A stretch of 63,795 nucleotides of DNA, counting the filler, from Choristocarpus tenellus KU-1152 (lineage: Eukaryota; Protista; Phaeophyceae): the NCBI GenBank assembly GCA_964200185.2. It is 11 parts of 11 records of this genome, joined end to end, with 100 filler letters (N's around TTAATTAATTAA, not from the genome) between each part and the next. Parts side by side here need not be neighbours in the genome. Positions count along the whole stretch, not along the records: positions 9,649 to 16,559 come from CAXNAD020007084.1; positions 16,660 to 23,395 come from CAXNAD020007467.1; positions 23,496 to 27,410 come from CAXNAD020017173.1; 8 more parts are not named here. One strand, written 5' to 3'. The notes beneath the pieces are model-generated. The model made no database searches. It saw nothing but the letters and a program-made list of their open reading frames with translations, and was not told the origin of the DNA. Position numbers and translations under genes: made by a program. Within the stretch, counting starts at the first letter, position 1. Each line of letters opens with the position of its first letter. Below, one piece after another: positions 12,530 to 25,298 of the stretch.

Positions 12530-14160
12530 AACTTCATGGACACTTTCACGTCGTAAGTAGTGGCTGTTTCCAACTCCATAGTATGCCAAACGTCCATGAA
12601 AAAATGTTTGGCTCTGTCCTAAACATACCTGTACTATCAATTTGGCTCTCGCACCCAGTTTTGACAAAGTGCTTCCCTGTATGACACGGGGTATCCCTAT
12701 GTTCCCATATACGGAACCCGATGCAGTGATAGATATGAAGCTGGGTGTAGTGATCTTTCCTGAGTGGCTACATCACACACGCATACAACGTAACCTTGAG
12801 CACTTTTACCTTGAGCATCCGATGCTTCAGCCTAAGTGATACAACAACTACTCACTCATAGTTGTATTATATACTCCATGAAGTGCCCCTATGTCTGTTG
12901 ATTCCAGCAGTGGATCTCTGCTCTGATATCAGCATCACTGATCGAGCCTCTGTAATAAATCAATTTATCAGTGCAGTCTCAATTTGCATTTTGTCAACTG
13001 GCTCGTGGAGGACCCGGAGGCACATAGTCTTTATCTTCTTCTCCAACACAGTAAGTCCAAACACCTCACACACCGTTACAATCACGGTTGTCATCTTGAC
13101 CAAGTTCTCTTGGACTCTTGACTCAATGCCCACATCATCAGGACAAAGCATCCACCACAGTACTACCAAGAAGTTTCCTTCCTCCCTCCCCCCTCCCAGA
13201 TAGCCTGGGTATATTTCTTCTCTACTTCCTGATGTAGACAGTCTTCTTTTCAGAACAACTTCACTTCACTTGAGCCTCTCAATCACCATAGTAAGCACAG
13301 CGGTAAGAAAGAGGTTGAGCAACAACGTTAGCAAGGACACACACTTGGCAAAGACCTTGTTCAACACTGAACCATTTCGAGCACTCCCCATCATCTATTT
13401 GTACAGAAGGTTGCATTCCAATGTGAAATTGATGAGTTACTACAATCATCATGGCAGGCACACCAAACTTAGCCAATGCTGTCCAAGAGACACTGCGGTC
13501 GACAGATTTATGGGGCTTCTGCTAGTCATTGAAGCAAATGTATGTACAAGGGACGCTCTTGGTTGTCTGACCTCTGACAAGACACGTGGTCAATGGTCGT
13601 TGCTGAGGTCGGAACCCACATCGCTCCTAAGGCAGAGCGCCCTCTAATTCGATGTAGACCCTCAGAGGTCGTGCAACAAATCTTAAGAGTACCTTACTCG
13701 CATGTGCCACCGGCAAAATATCGATGTAGTTGCCACGTTTTGCACAATCTTCCTTGTTGCGAAGAGTAGTTCTTGATGACCGTATCTTTCCTCCAACTGT
13801 CACATAGCTAGTAGTACGACATCGTAGAAAAACTGCACAAGGAGGGGCTCCTCATCTATTTCCAGCTCCAGGAGTTATATTGGGAGATTATGTGGGCTCA
13901 CATCCTTCTTGTTTGCCAAAGCTATAATAAGGTGCTCTTCAGCTCCCTCGTCGTAACCTCATGAGCGAGTGACATGTGAGGGGTTCGATGATTCTAGAGA
14001 GAAATTGTTGGTACTGAGGTCGGACCTGAAAAAGTTGACTCAGTAAGGCTTGGAAATGTTTTATCCATCGCTCGAGAATAAGCCTTTTTTTCTTACCATC
14101 CTGCCCTCTTGTGTCGAATGAGATGAATGTAGAAGCCACTCTGTTTTCCTTGATCCACAT
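12530..14160 (-). mobile_element. Decayed RTE-clade non-LTR retrotransposon (RT region)
   Basis: Broken frames give, in the expected order: ILERWIKHFQALL; AKFGVPAMMIVVTHQFHIGM...KWFSVEQGLCQVCVLA (GLRQGCVLAP-like); MLCPDDVGI (YADD-like) ...VCEVFGLTVLEKKIKTMCL; LRLKHRMLKVKVLKVTLYAC. Many stops and frameshifts. Confidence 0.85.
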
Positions 14161-14440
14161 TGAAGCTTCTCAGATGTCGGTAAGAAACAATTCGGTCCCC
14201 TTAGAAACCTACCTATAGGGTCGTCGCCTTAATTTTTTTTTCTTACATTAAGCCTGATCCAGGTCCATCAGGGATTAACTGAACCACACCCCCAATGCTT
14301 CCTTACATTTTTGTGTGTTTTTCAAATCTGACAAAAATATTGACTCAATCTTTCCTCAATTCAAATGTTTTGTTGACAACGCCGCTAGGATGTCAAAGAA
14401 CTCCTATGAAGTACCACAGGTTCAACAGGTCTAGGTATTC

Positions 14441-16323
14441 ATGAGGTGGTGGGGTTGTTCCGGGTATGGACACTCTCTCTCCTTAGCACTTCTGACGGCT
14501 TCTTCACTGCAGGTTTGCATGTCGGTGGCGAACACGTTTGATCTCTAGGAATTCCATATGGTAGACACTAATGACATACTCCCAACCTGGCAACTTGTCT
14601 TGACTTACAGGCCCATGCGTTCACGACCTCCGCTCGACTTGGATTATCTGCCTTCCCACCTATATGCCGATCTTACCGCCTTGGACGAAGGCTATGGCAA
14701 GTACGTTGGGCTTACCGGCACAAAGTCCGGTGGGCGATGACACCGAATGGAGAAGGCGAGGACGAGGACTCTATGAAACGTTCAAGGAATGACTTTTTGC
14801 ATGCCGTGGAAGAAGAGAAGCGTCGTGTGTTGGCCATGCCAACGATCGATATTAAGCTGGAGCTTCAAATGAGAGGAGTGGAGCATAGAGATACGTTCGA
14901 AAAGAGCGACCTAATCAATCGCCTTGCAGAAGCTCGTGCCAAGGCGGCTAGAGGCAGTGTGAGTGGTCCTGCTGATGCCTCGCAAGACCAGAAAGAAGGT
15001 TCTGAACGTAGGTGGTTAGACGACAATACTAAAGATAGATTTGCCCGCGATGTTGCACGGGCAAAGGCTTTGGGGACTGAGGCGGCGATACGGGAACTCA
15101 ATGCTATGGGAGTGCCACACTCTCGCCTCTCTGACCTTTCCGTGCTGGCAAATCAATATGCCATCGGGCGGCGTGAGGCCCGCAAGGATGATGAGGAGAA
15201 CCGCCGCTTCCGCGTCTCGGAGAAGCTACAACAGCAGGGTGAGGTGGCGAAGGCTAAGGCGCTGGGAAGAACCGAGCTGATCGCGCGTCTTCGAGACCTT
15301 GGAGTGCGATTCTCCTTGCTATCCTCTGATGAGCAACTTGCAAGGCTCTTTGTTGAAGTCCAAGATACAAAAAGAGCAACACAGCGAGACAAGGGAAAGG
15401 TTCTTGATCCAAAAGGAGGTTTCACGGATGGCAATGGAGGCTTGGAAGGAGAGGAAAGATCACAAAAGGGGCGGAGGTGGGAGAGGTGGATCCCAAGCAG
15501 GCAAACCTGGGAGTTCAATGAAAGGGACAATGATGAAAATGTTGGTGAGGGCACGGATGGAAGTGAGTGGGAGGAGAAATGGAGAAGAAACGGATACCAA
15601 TGGGAGAGGGGTGAAATGACTGAGGACTCGGACATTCAGACTCGTGAGCTTTCTGGTAGTCAGCCAACACAAAGACCCCATGACCCAAAGAGGGCACTAC
15701 CTCTTCGAGTACAGGCCAGTCGTATGACCTCCCGGGAGCTCATGTCCGAGCTGGATAGTATGAAAGTACTGTACCCCATTCCATCCTCCCGCTCAGAGCT
15801 GCAGCATCTGTTCATAATGTCAAAGAACAACAACAGCACGAATGGTGGTGGTGATGATATGGGGAGGAGTGGGGCTGTTGTATCGGAGGAGGATTATGGG
15901 AGGGCAGAAGAGAGCCTGAGTGAATATGACTCCTTGTCATTTAGAACATTTGAATCAGCTCTGAGATGGGCACGCCAGCTGACATATGGCGATGTGATCA
16001 ATGAGTTGGAGTGCCGGGGTGTGGCATTCAAACCTAATGCCGACTACAGCTTCCTGACCAGGCTTCTGGCAGATTCTGTGATTGTGGACGAGAGCATGAA
16101 CCCAGAATACCAAGGCAAGGCAATGCTAAGGGGGAAAATTTCCCCTGACCCAGTTTCCTCCCTAACAGAACGGGGACATATCTTTGATCAGCTCGTACAA
16201 ACTGAAACATCTACTACTGATAATGCAACTCTTGTGAGAGAAATCTTAACTATGAAATGTTTTGGGAATGGGGAAGAAGTGTGTATGTATTTTGATATGT
16301 TGTCCATGCTCAACATTACATAG
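14441..16323 (+). CDS. Predicted plastid-targeted protein with five HeH (SAP/LEM-like) repeats
   Basis: Exon 1 14441-14512 (MRWWGCSGYGHSLSLALLTASSLQ); phase-0 GT-AG intron 14513-14610; exon 2 from 14611 (AHAFTTSARLGLSAFPP...) runs in frame into the 528-aa ORF. The 3' end is uncertain: it may splice near 16114 at a GC donor rather than run to 16323. Confidence 0.75.
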
Positions 16324-16483
16324 TAGTAGGATGATTACCTCAAACCTGTATACATTTACCATGCAACATTTCTTGTTTCAGTTACTCTGCCTGCAAAAGT
16401 CTTGAAACATAGCCTTGTGGTTGATGTCCTTGCATCTATGGGTTGTGCTTGTCTCCTCATTAAATATTCAACTATGTGTCATG

Positions 16484-16559
16484 GGGACAAAGTATCTGGG
16501 GGGGGGGGGGGGGGGCGGGTTTTTTGGGGGGGCCGCCGTGTGGGCGACAACTTTTTTTT
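16484..16559. mobile_element. MITE terminus (family A-like) at contig end
   Basis: GGGACAAAGTATCT followed by a poly-G run. Confidence 0.6.
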
Positions 16560-16659
16560 NNNNNNNNNNNNNNNNNNNNNNNNNNNNNNNNNNNNNNNNN
16601 NNNTTAATTAATTAANNNNNNNNNNNNNNNNNNNNNNNNNNNNNNNNNNNNNNNNNNNN

Positions 16660-17127
16660 CTTAAGCCACTCTGACTTGCACGGCTTCCAAACAGTCAGGG
16701 CCTGCTGCAACTGTCGACTACTAAGATATTCTACACTCGGGTTTTCGCTTAGGCGTTTCCTGAGCGCAATGGCACGCAGCTGCACTGCTCTCTTCCCCAA
16801 CCTTCCCTTCGGCAGGCCACTCTCTTTCCTTCGCCCAATGTGACCAGGCTTCCCCACAGACTTCGTCACTGTACCACCTGGTGTTGGAGTCGCCACTCTC
16901 TTCCTGCTTTCCTGAGGTGGCAAAGACTGCAGAGCAGTTCTCTGATGCGGTTGAAGACCCAACCACGTTTGTGTAGTAATGATTTCCATGCATCTTCTCT
17001 GAGCGTCATTGTCGCGGACCCATGATCCATTTCGAGATTTGATCATGCAGCTGCGACACACTACTCGCACTTTCTCGTCACATAACATCGCACCGAATGT
17101 GACACGATACTTGCTTTTCTCCGTCAC
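16660..17127 (-). CDS. Hypothetical basic protein, N-terminal part, truncated by contig edge
   Basis: Open frame of about 156 codons, K/R-rich, with a CRSC motif; no family recognised; may be TE-derived. Confidence 0.3.
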
Positions 17128-17643
17128 CTCTCGACAGAGAAGGTGCCGAGGGTAGATCCAGGGGGTAGAGTGGCCTCTGCGGCTCTCCTTGTCTCGCCGT
17201 GGTTCATGTTGCTGTGTGCGTCACGTGTGTGTGTGGTCACAGAAAATGTGCAATAAGCGTTAAAAAATTGTCCGGAAATCTTGGTTTTGTTTCCAGTGTA
17301 CATACACCGGCCAAACTTGGGCAGCGACGTATTCCGGACCAGGTTTCTGCAAGGAGTTCGGCCAACCACTTAATTTTGTCCGTGTTGAAGTCTTGACCCT
17401 CAAACTTGCACCGGAGCTATTCCCCCGCGTTTTCTCATTCTTTGATCGGGACACAGCTCCCGTTCCCCGAAGCCTGGACATTTGTGGATACAAACCTTCA
17501 AACCATCTTGTCATACCCTTTCTTTTGATATATATATTGTTGTATATCTTTCATGTGTGCATCGTGAAAAAATTCAAGATTGCCATAGAGGGCGAAGTTT
17601 CTGATACCACCTTACAGTGTTGGCAGTCACCTCTAGGCTGATA

Positions 17644-17952
17644 CCAGTCTTGTTTTTTTTTAAAGGGTTGCCCAACGAGTTAAACGACGATCAGCATATC
17701 AAATAAATGCTCTTGATCTAAGCTATCACTGGTGCAAAGAAAGTGTTTCGGAAATATTTTTGTAAGGTTAAAGTTTAACCGAATATTTTCGGCACAACCT
17801 TGAAAATGTTCCGGAATGAATGATCACGACCGAATATATTGTTTCGAACGAATTCCTTTGCACCAGTCGATAGCTTAGATTCAGAGCGTTCATTTAGTAT
17901 GCTCATCGTCGATTAAACCGTTGGGCAACCCTTTAAACAAAATCAAGATTGG
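17644..17952. repeat. Fold-back element with ~115-bp imperfect inverted arms
   Basis: CCAGTCTTG..TTAAAGGGTTGCCCAACG..ATCTAAGCTATCACTGGTGCAAAG on the left pairs with CTTTGCACCAGTCGATAGCTTAGAT..CGTTGGGCAACCCTTTAA..CAAGATTGG on the right. Confidence 0.85.
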
Positions 17953-18020
17953 TCACCACCAAAACGGTACGTGGGTGGACCTCAGCTTAATACTGTTTAA
18001 GCCACTCGTAAGGCACGATT

Positions 18021-18351
18021 CTCATTGAACGGCGTTGAGGACACTGCTTGATGCTTCCAAAGTACCACTGTGGATTGAACCCGACGATAGAGATGGTCCG
18101 GGGGCGGACAAAGCACTATGTACGAGGCCACTGTGACAACACGTTGCCCCAAATGAGAGTCAACATCCCTGTCAGTTCTTAAGGAGGAAGGGGGGCTGTC
18201 CAGAGTAATTTTGGAGAGGTCCTTCAGGGTGAGTATTGCCTACCACCTGATATATTCCGACGAGAAAGGCATGGAGTGCACCAAATTGGATAGGGTGTAC
18301 AAGATATTTAAGTGTCGCAGGAGGCCTGCACCTTCAGAATACTTCATTTGA
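18021..18351 (+). pseudogene. Decayed IS630/Tc1-like DDE transposase, C-terminal part
   Basis: LIERR*GHCLMLPKYHCGLNPTIEMVRGRTKHYVRGHCDNTLPQMRVNIP matches the LPKFHCELNPIExxWGxAKxYxRxxCD motif. After a +1 frameshift near 18177 it continues ...VYKIFKCRRR (YKSHRR-like). Not in the supplied ORF track. Confidence 0.75.
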
Positions 18352-20010
18352 CTTGGCATGGATTCTCAGGTTCAGAGGCCTGGGCCCGCAGTGCTTCTCT
18401 TGGTTTTTAGCAAATCCGTTGTGCTCGGATTTGGGAGTCCCCTGCAATTGATCCCCTCATTTCGGCCATTCGGGTCGTGAATAACAACAACCTAAGGGGT
18501 GACAACATCGCATAAACGGAAAATAATTGAAAGAGAATGAAGAGACAACAATGCCCATGTTCTCCGGGACCTCATCAGGTATCAAAATCATCCCAAAATA
18601 TGAGGTTCGCGCGCGCCGCATAGCACTCCCTTATTTCTCACGATTACTGCAAGTTTACCAACCGAGATCCATCCAACAAGGTTAAGCATGCTGATGCGAT
18701 TACATCCAACCAGTTTTCATGAAAAAAAATGTTGTTGATAAAAAGTTATGGCACGACAAAGTTGACGTAGAAGGCGACCGACAATATTGTATCAATGTTA
18801 CACACATCCTGTCATACGCTTTCATTTGATATTTATATATTGTTGTATAATTCTTGTGGCAATACAGTGAAAAAAAGCAAGCTTGCTCCAGAGGGATAAG
18901 CTATTGGTACCACTTTATATGAGAACTAAGTAGAGAGGTCAACGTGTTTTTGTGACTCCCCTCCAAAAATCCAGATACAAGAAATCAGCATCACCGCTTC
19001 GTTCTCTAGGTAATAAAAGTTCTGTTTCCACGGGATGCAATAGAAATACTGTGAAGTTGAGGTTTGATTACTTTGTGTGTAGTGTTGCCACTTATACTGC
19101 TGCGACATTGTGGATGATACATGTAGATAATACATAAGGAGTTATTTTCTTGGATCATCGTGATACTAGAAGTGTCCATGTGCTCTTCTCTTATGGGTGC
19201 TAGTGACTAGAAAATTGACCTCTCTCTCCCCGATGTCCTCCTTAGTTTATAGTTTTTTCGTTTGTATTCTCATCAATTCTAAAAATTTCATTTTGTTACT
19301 ACTTAGTGTTACTTTTCTACTCTATCTCGCCTTCTGACCTGGAGGCTCAGACCCTTCAGACTAGCAACATTTTTTTACACAATATTATTCCCATGCTCCA
19401 TGTTAAGCGTACGATCATAGTAGTGCATTATTTCAAGTGGTTGGCATTCTTCAGCAAGATAGAAGCTTGATCGCGAACACTGCTTTGAAAATTTTGTTCC
19501 GCTTATCACCCAGATATACCTTATGCCTATCAGTCGCCTTGTATGCTCACGCTTTCCTGAAAAATGGTGTCATCTGCTGCAACAAATGGGATTGTTCGCG
19601 CATATACGTAAACAGTTGTGTTTCTATTTGTTCGTGCCTTATCCTAAACTGCAGGTGGGAGGACCTGTTGAGTCCAAATAACAGAGAAGGGTTTGTGTTT
19701 TCGTCGTTGTGAGTTTTAGTACTATTCAGAACTGTAGGAACGATGTGTACACATGAAATAAAAAACATAACTAACCGTGAAGATATTTACGTCTGCTAAA
19801 GTATTATTCTCCCATAGGACCTAAGGTGGTCACCAACGGGTCCTTGTGGAGAGTAGGCCCTGTCGGACATTTCAGTGCGAGCAATCCATCAAGCAAAACC
19901 TCTTCTCGTGGGTGAAAAAGAACGGCGAACCCTCCATGCAATGGTTAATACAATCTGTGAATACGACTTGCTATAACGTATTGACATACCAAGTGCCCTG
20001 CTGGTTACAG

Positions 20011-20145
20011 CCGTGCCTTGCTGATGGTGCACTCATCATTCGACTGAATGGTGTTGAAGTGACTGCTCCCGACCAGCACCATGTAGGCAATGGTGTTGAA
20101 GCTGTTGCTGCAAACATGACTGTCTGTATACAGCTTGATCCGTAG
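20011..20145 (+). pseudogene. Isolated exon-like fragment
   Basis: After TTACAG| it reads PCLADGALIIRLNGVEVTAPDQHHVGNGVEAVAANM. From memory this resembles a segment of a brown-algal extracellular protein family; no neighbouring exons could be linked. Confidence 0.3.
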
Positions 20146-22156
20146 ATTACTTGTGAAACCATTTTTTAGTAAGTACACATATTGTCATGGTTGTCAAAAA
20201 AGCATTAATTTTTGAAGTATATATATTTTTAGCTAAAGTGACAATGTTTCACACTCGCTAACATTATAGTGTTTTAGAGTAGGTAGTAAAGTAGTGTCGA
20301 GATTACTGTGCACGAGGAGGACGTGGAATGTATGGGCCCTAAACCCAGTTCAGAGTTGTTTGGGTTAGTGCCTTGGTTCTCATAGCACTGCAGATTGATT
20401 TGTACCGCTCATTACCTCTGCAGAACGAATCGGATGGAGGGGGGGCGGGGGATCTAGTCTGTTACTGGTGATATGTCTTGGTGGTTTCATTAACACCATT
20501 ATGACCTTGAAGTCTTATGTTTTATGTATTTGCACTTCTGAACTATTTATTTATTATTTGGTCATTATAGTCCCCGATTGAGATAAGACATCCTTCGACC
20601 AGTTCCTCTTTATACGATGATATTGATAGATGTGAAGGAAATAATCCAAGTGAGAGATTTAGCATACTTTACGACTTGTGCATCAGGAGTTTATATGTGC
20701 ATCGGTCCCATCTGTTACAGGCGAATGGTATGAGTATTTATTCCCGCGCTTAACCGGCGCGAGCAGTGTACGCGGATGTGGAACCCCAAAAGGGGGAACT
20801 CCGATTTGCTAAAAGTTGTAGAGTGAAATCTGCAACTTAGGAAGGTTGCAACGGTTTTCAGACGTATTCCAACGTATGTAAACCAAAATAAAAACAAAAC
20901 GGTATATGATGAGAAGAGATCCTAGACGGCTCATACCCTAACGGCCCATACCCCAAACGGCTCACGCCCCCCCCAGGCCTCACTTTTAACTGATGCCAAT
21001 TCTCATTTTCATGTTAATTGATTCATAAAAGCACCCTCATCTGCATACCGGATATTCATCATCTTCGTTGGACCTTTGACTACCGGACTATCCTGGGAGG
21101 CTTGTGCAAGCATCAGCGTCATCTATAGGCCTGTGGACTGGAGGTATACATCCTGTGGAGGTAATCTTCTGGAGCGTGCTGTAATATGGAGGTCCTACCT
21201 TGTCTCTTCGAAATGGAGAGAATACTCAGTGTTCACCTGAGCACTTAGGATCTTGGTAGCTCCCTACTATGACCTGGATTTTCTTCTGCTTGGTTTTGTC
21301 ATCTCCTTGGGTGGTCTTGGAGCGATTCCATCATCTCCTAACTTCGAGGAAGGGACTGGAATGATGACATCTGTGGCTCCAAGGAAGGCACCATACACCT
21401 CTGATCGTAAACCGAGTGGTCTCTGACCATCATATTATAGACGTTGCCTAGGTAGATATTTCCCACCATTCGTACACTCACATTCCTGATCTCTCTTTTC
21501 GTGTGCCACATTGTCCTTATATTCCCCAGGTTCGCAGACATCTCTGGCTCACGGAGCTTGTAGAGAATCGAAGTCATTTCTGATGCATAGATTCCTCAAG
21601 GAATTAATGATTTGGAGAGGTTCCAGCCTAGTACTGCATCTCACCAAAATTTCGCAGCAGCCGTGTCTACTCCACTGAACGCCAAGGCAGGTTCAGATAA
21701 CGTGCTCACTTTCAGCGTTCCACTCTTGGCAGATCCCGTTCCAGGTTGAGGTCCCGGGACAGGCACTCCAAACGAGACGCACGGAGGACCAGAGAAGGGC
21801 ACAGGGGCCGAACCCGTTCACCTGGACGTCGCAGCCGAATCAGAGATTCCTCTCCACAAAGGTCTATAGCACTGAGACCATCTCAGAGGAAAAGCAGGAA
21901 TATGGTACGTCACAGAGAGGTGGAAGCACATATGCGAAGTGAAACTAACGACTTGCTTGCACAGGTTGAATTGAATGAGTCTCACTCCAGTAGACAAGAG
22001 CGAGAAAAATAACCTCTTGAAACCTTGACATGCGTTACCATCAAGACTATGTTGAAACTATGGAATGCGTTCAGAAGAAACTCGGAGACCCAGCCAAGGG
22101 CCCCGTTTTTCTAGGAGTACCTGCTGATAACTCCGCCCCCACCACGTCCAATAACA

Positions 22157-22870
22157 GACCAAAGTATCTGGGGAGGGGGTGGTGACTGTCCATTTGGGGA
22201 TCATTTTTTCATGTCGCAATATTTGGGCAGTTTGGTTGCTTGTGTCGGATGGATAATGTTTTTGATGTACATGAATGTATCTACCTTAGTATGGTTGTGC
22301 TCTGGAGGTATGGAAAGATACACGGTCATTGATTTGTGACATGGTTATAATTTTGATTTGATGACGTGAATTTTTGGTCTCAGTGGTATAATTACGATTT
22401 GGTTGCATGCATTGGATGGATAAGAGTGACCGTATCTTAGATGGTACGGGCGCGTCCATTTGTGGGCCAAAATCCAATGTTGCGAGTTTGATGTAATTTT
22501 GGCTACGATGTTTGTGAGGGAGTGTCAATATCCTTGTTCCAGACACCGCTTTTCATCATTTTATACGTGAGACACCTACTCCAAAAAACGTACACATTTA
22601 ACCAATTCCGAAACTATTTGGAAATAGGAAAATGTATTAATAAACTGGTGGGAAGTCAAGCCCCAGACGGACAAACAGGCGGACAACGGGCAAAACTTGT
22701 GCCCTCTAAGATACTTTTACTCTAATAATGTATTTAATATGCCCGCATGTGTCTCTCTTAGCATCCTTGTGCTCGGGAAGTATGGAAAAAATACATGGTT
22801 ATTGATTTGTGTCATAGTTATTGTTTTGATTTGATGAAGTGAATTAATGGTCTCAGTGATGTAAATACGG
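22157..22870. mobile_element. Family A-related element with an internal ~170-bp tandem duplication
   Basis: Starts GACCAAAGTATCTGGGG. The unit TTTGGTTGC..GGATGGATAA..GTATGGAAA..ATTGATTTGTG..GGTCTCAGTG occurs at ~22231-22397 and again from 22398, where it is interrupted by a MITE. Confidence 0.6.
22424..22722. mobile_element. MITE family B (reverse orientation), nested
   Basis: GAGTGACCGTATCTTAGATGGTA ... GCCCTCTAAGATACTTTTACTC, with TAA on both sides. Confidence 0.8.
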
Positions 22871-24499
22871 GTAAACATCTACATCAAAAATATGGAACAG
22901 TCTTCGACAGTTCAAACAAGGCAGAAAACTAACCTCCTAAGTCGAAACTGGCGCTAAGTCTAGGATGTGTGTGTGATTTATGTAGGGAATATAAAGAACA
23001 GTTTAACCGGAAAACGGGTTACCCTGTGATAACCTTGGTGCTTGACAATGTCGTTTGAGACTGGTAAAGACAGAGTCGTAGGTTCGATTACGAGAAGTGA
23101 CTGAATGGCAAGAAGTATGCTTTTTTGGAAAGGGGGTGTGTAGAGGGGGGAGGGGCGCGTAGATTTTCTCTTGTTGTAAGGACGTCCTACGGGAAAGAAG
23201 GCACGAAGGTTGAGGGTTGGCTAGGGAGAAACAACAATTTGGTGGGAAAGGAGAATTTGAGAAGACCAGTGTAAGTGAAAAACGTGTCTTATACACCGGA
23301 GTGCAGAAAGGATATGAGATGTCGAGGGGTATGGCTGATATATCTTATTTTGACCTTTTTCAGAGGTGGAGGAAATCAATGTTCAGGTACCAAAGNNNNN
23401 NNNNNNNNNNNNNNNNNNNNNNNNNNNNNNNNNNNNNNNTTAATTAATTAANNNNNNNNNNNNNNNNNNNNNNNNNNNNNNNNNNNNNNNNNNNNGGAAA
23501 TTGCTGCAGGAGAATAACGGGGCCGTGGGGTTGAAGGTGGGGGCAAGGTATTGCTGAAGGGGGATGGGGGTGTTTGCGTAGATGTTGAGACTAGGAATGG
23601 GTCTAGGTTGAGGGTGCAGGTATAGGGGGGGTTGTGTGAGGCGGAAAAAATATTATTATTATTGTTAGAGGTGACGTCAGTGCCGAAAGTGAAAACAGAA
23701 CCCAAGGTGAAGAGAAGGAGGGCGGGGTGGAGACTGAACTAATGTAATCAGCAGAAGTCTTGAGATGCCCAGGAAATTGATAGAGACGCTGCTAGTGGTT
23801 GTTGGTCTCCACACAGGGCACCTGATGCCAAGAAAGGATGATAGTGGCACTGTAGTGCTTGATTTGAGGTTGAAACGTAGAAGACGGACCTTGCTGAGAG
23901 AAGCCCAACACGATGGTTTTTAAGTGATGGAAAACAAGTCCAAGTGGCGATTATGATGACAACAATGTGAATAAAATACATCACGTTGAGAGCACCTTTT
24001 TTGCAAAACCCCCTGTCTCTGATGATGATGATGATACACAACATCAAGTTCATTTTCCAACCGCCCTTACGGGTCACATCATAAATAAGCACACTTAGTA
24101 TTACTTTACTTCCGCCGGTCCACTTGAAGTCAGAGACAGACAAGGGCCCAATTCTTCTTATCACTGTTGTAGAAAATTGCTTTTGTTGTTGCTTGGAACA
24201 TTTTGTTCGGTATAATGACAGTTGAAGTGAACGGAAATATTCCGCGTACAAGGATTCCGATTGGAATTGAGGGACCACTCTGTCCATCAGACTTGAGTGG
24301 AACATTTTTTTTGTCCACTATTGTGCGATGGACAAAAACGGCGCATGATTTATTTGAATGAAGTTAAAGAATGTAAAGATCTATTTTTTTCGTTTTGAAC
24401 TATGTTCCAAAGTTAGAGAAACCTACGTAGGTACAAAAAAAATGCTCTGCCAAAGGTTTGTACAATAATAGTTAAAGTAGAACACTTCATATTGTATCT

Positions 24500-24766
24500 G
24501 AGTCAAACCAACTGAGAGGTAGACAGGGTCGTATTTTAAGGATCACGAAAAAAGGACAAAAATACGAAATTTTGTACAATTATTGTGGAAAGAGCCTTTC
24601 TTTGCTGGATTGTGGTGTCACTCTGCGTGCGGAAAGGGGGAATATCAATTTTGGGTACATTATTGTACATAAAAGTGATGAAATAGTGTATTGCACAGGG
24701 TAAGAAAGATGGAGTAGATTGTAGAAGGGCCCAAACCTGCTTACCTCCTCCCCATTGGTTTGGTTC
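24500..24766. mobile_element. MITE family C
   Basis: GAGTCAAACCAACTGAGAGGTAGACAGG ... CCTGCTTACCTC..ATTGGTTTGGTTC; homologous to 29476 and 54225. Confidence 0.75.
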
Positions 24767-25298
24767 TACAAAAATGGTTCTGGCAGAAACACTCGGCACT
24801 TACTGCCCCAAACATGTTCGCATGTTGCAGCTTGAATCCATAATCTCTCCAAAGTCGAGAAATAATGTGTATGTCTTGGGGAAATACACTTCCAACAATA
24901 CTTACTAAACTTCCAACATATTCCCCCGAGAAATAATCATCAAACAATAATAGAGATTTCTTTTATGCCGTCAACAGTTGTCGAAAAATCTATAGATCCC
25001 CCATGTTATTCCAAAGATCTTTTCCATTTGAAGTCAACTTACAATGATGGAGCATTTATTCCTTATCATTCAATGGTGTTCAAATGTTGTCGAAGAACAT
25101 GAAAACATGGTTATTCTATCCGTCACAATATTGTCTCATGATTGTCCGAACCATAGTATAGCGCCAAGTTGACCACCACCACTGGATGCAAAATAGACCT
25201 AGTTTCAAGCAAGGGACACACATGAAGCACAGCAGAGTTCTACCATGACATGAGCTTGGTCACTTGATGGAGAAGACTTGCCCTCAAGTATGATTGAC

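Noticed and set aside
21060-22150. RS-rich ORF or gag-like remnant
   Set aside because: Frames are broken and no diagnostic motif was found.
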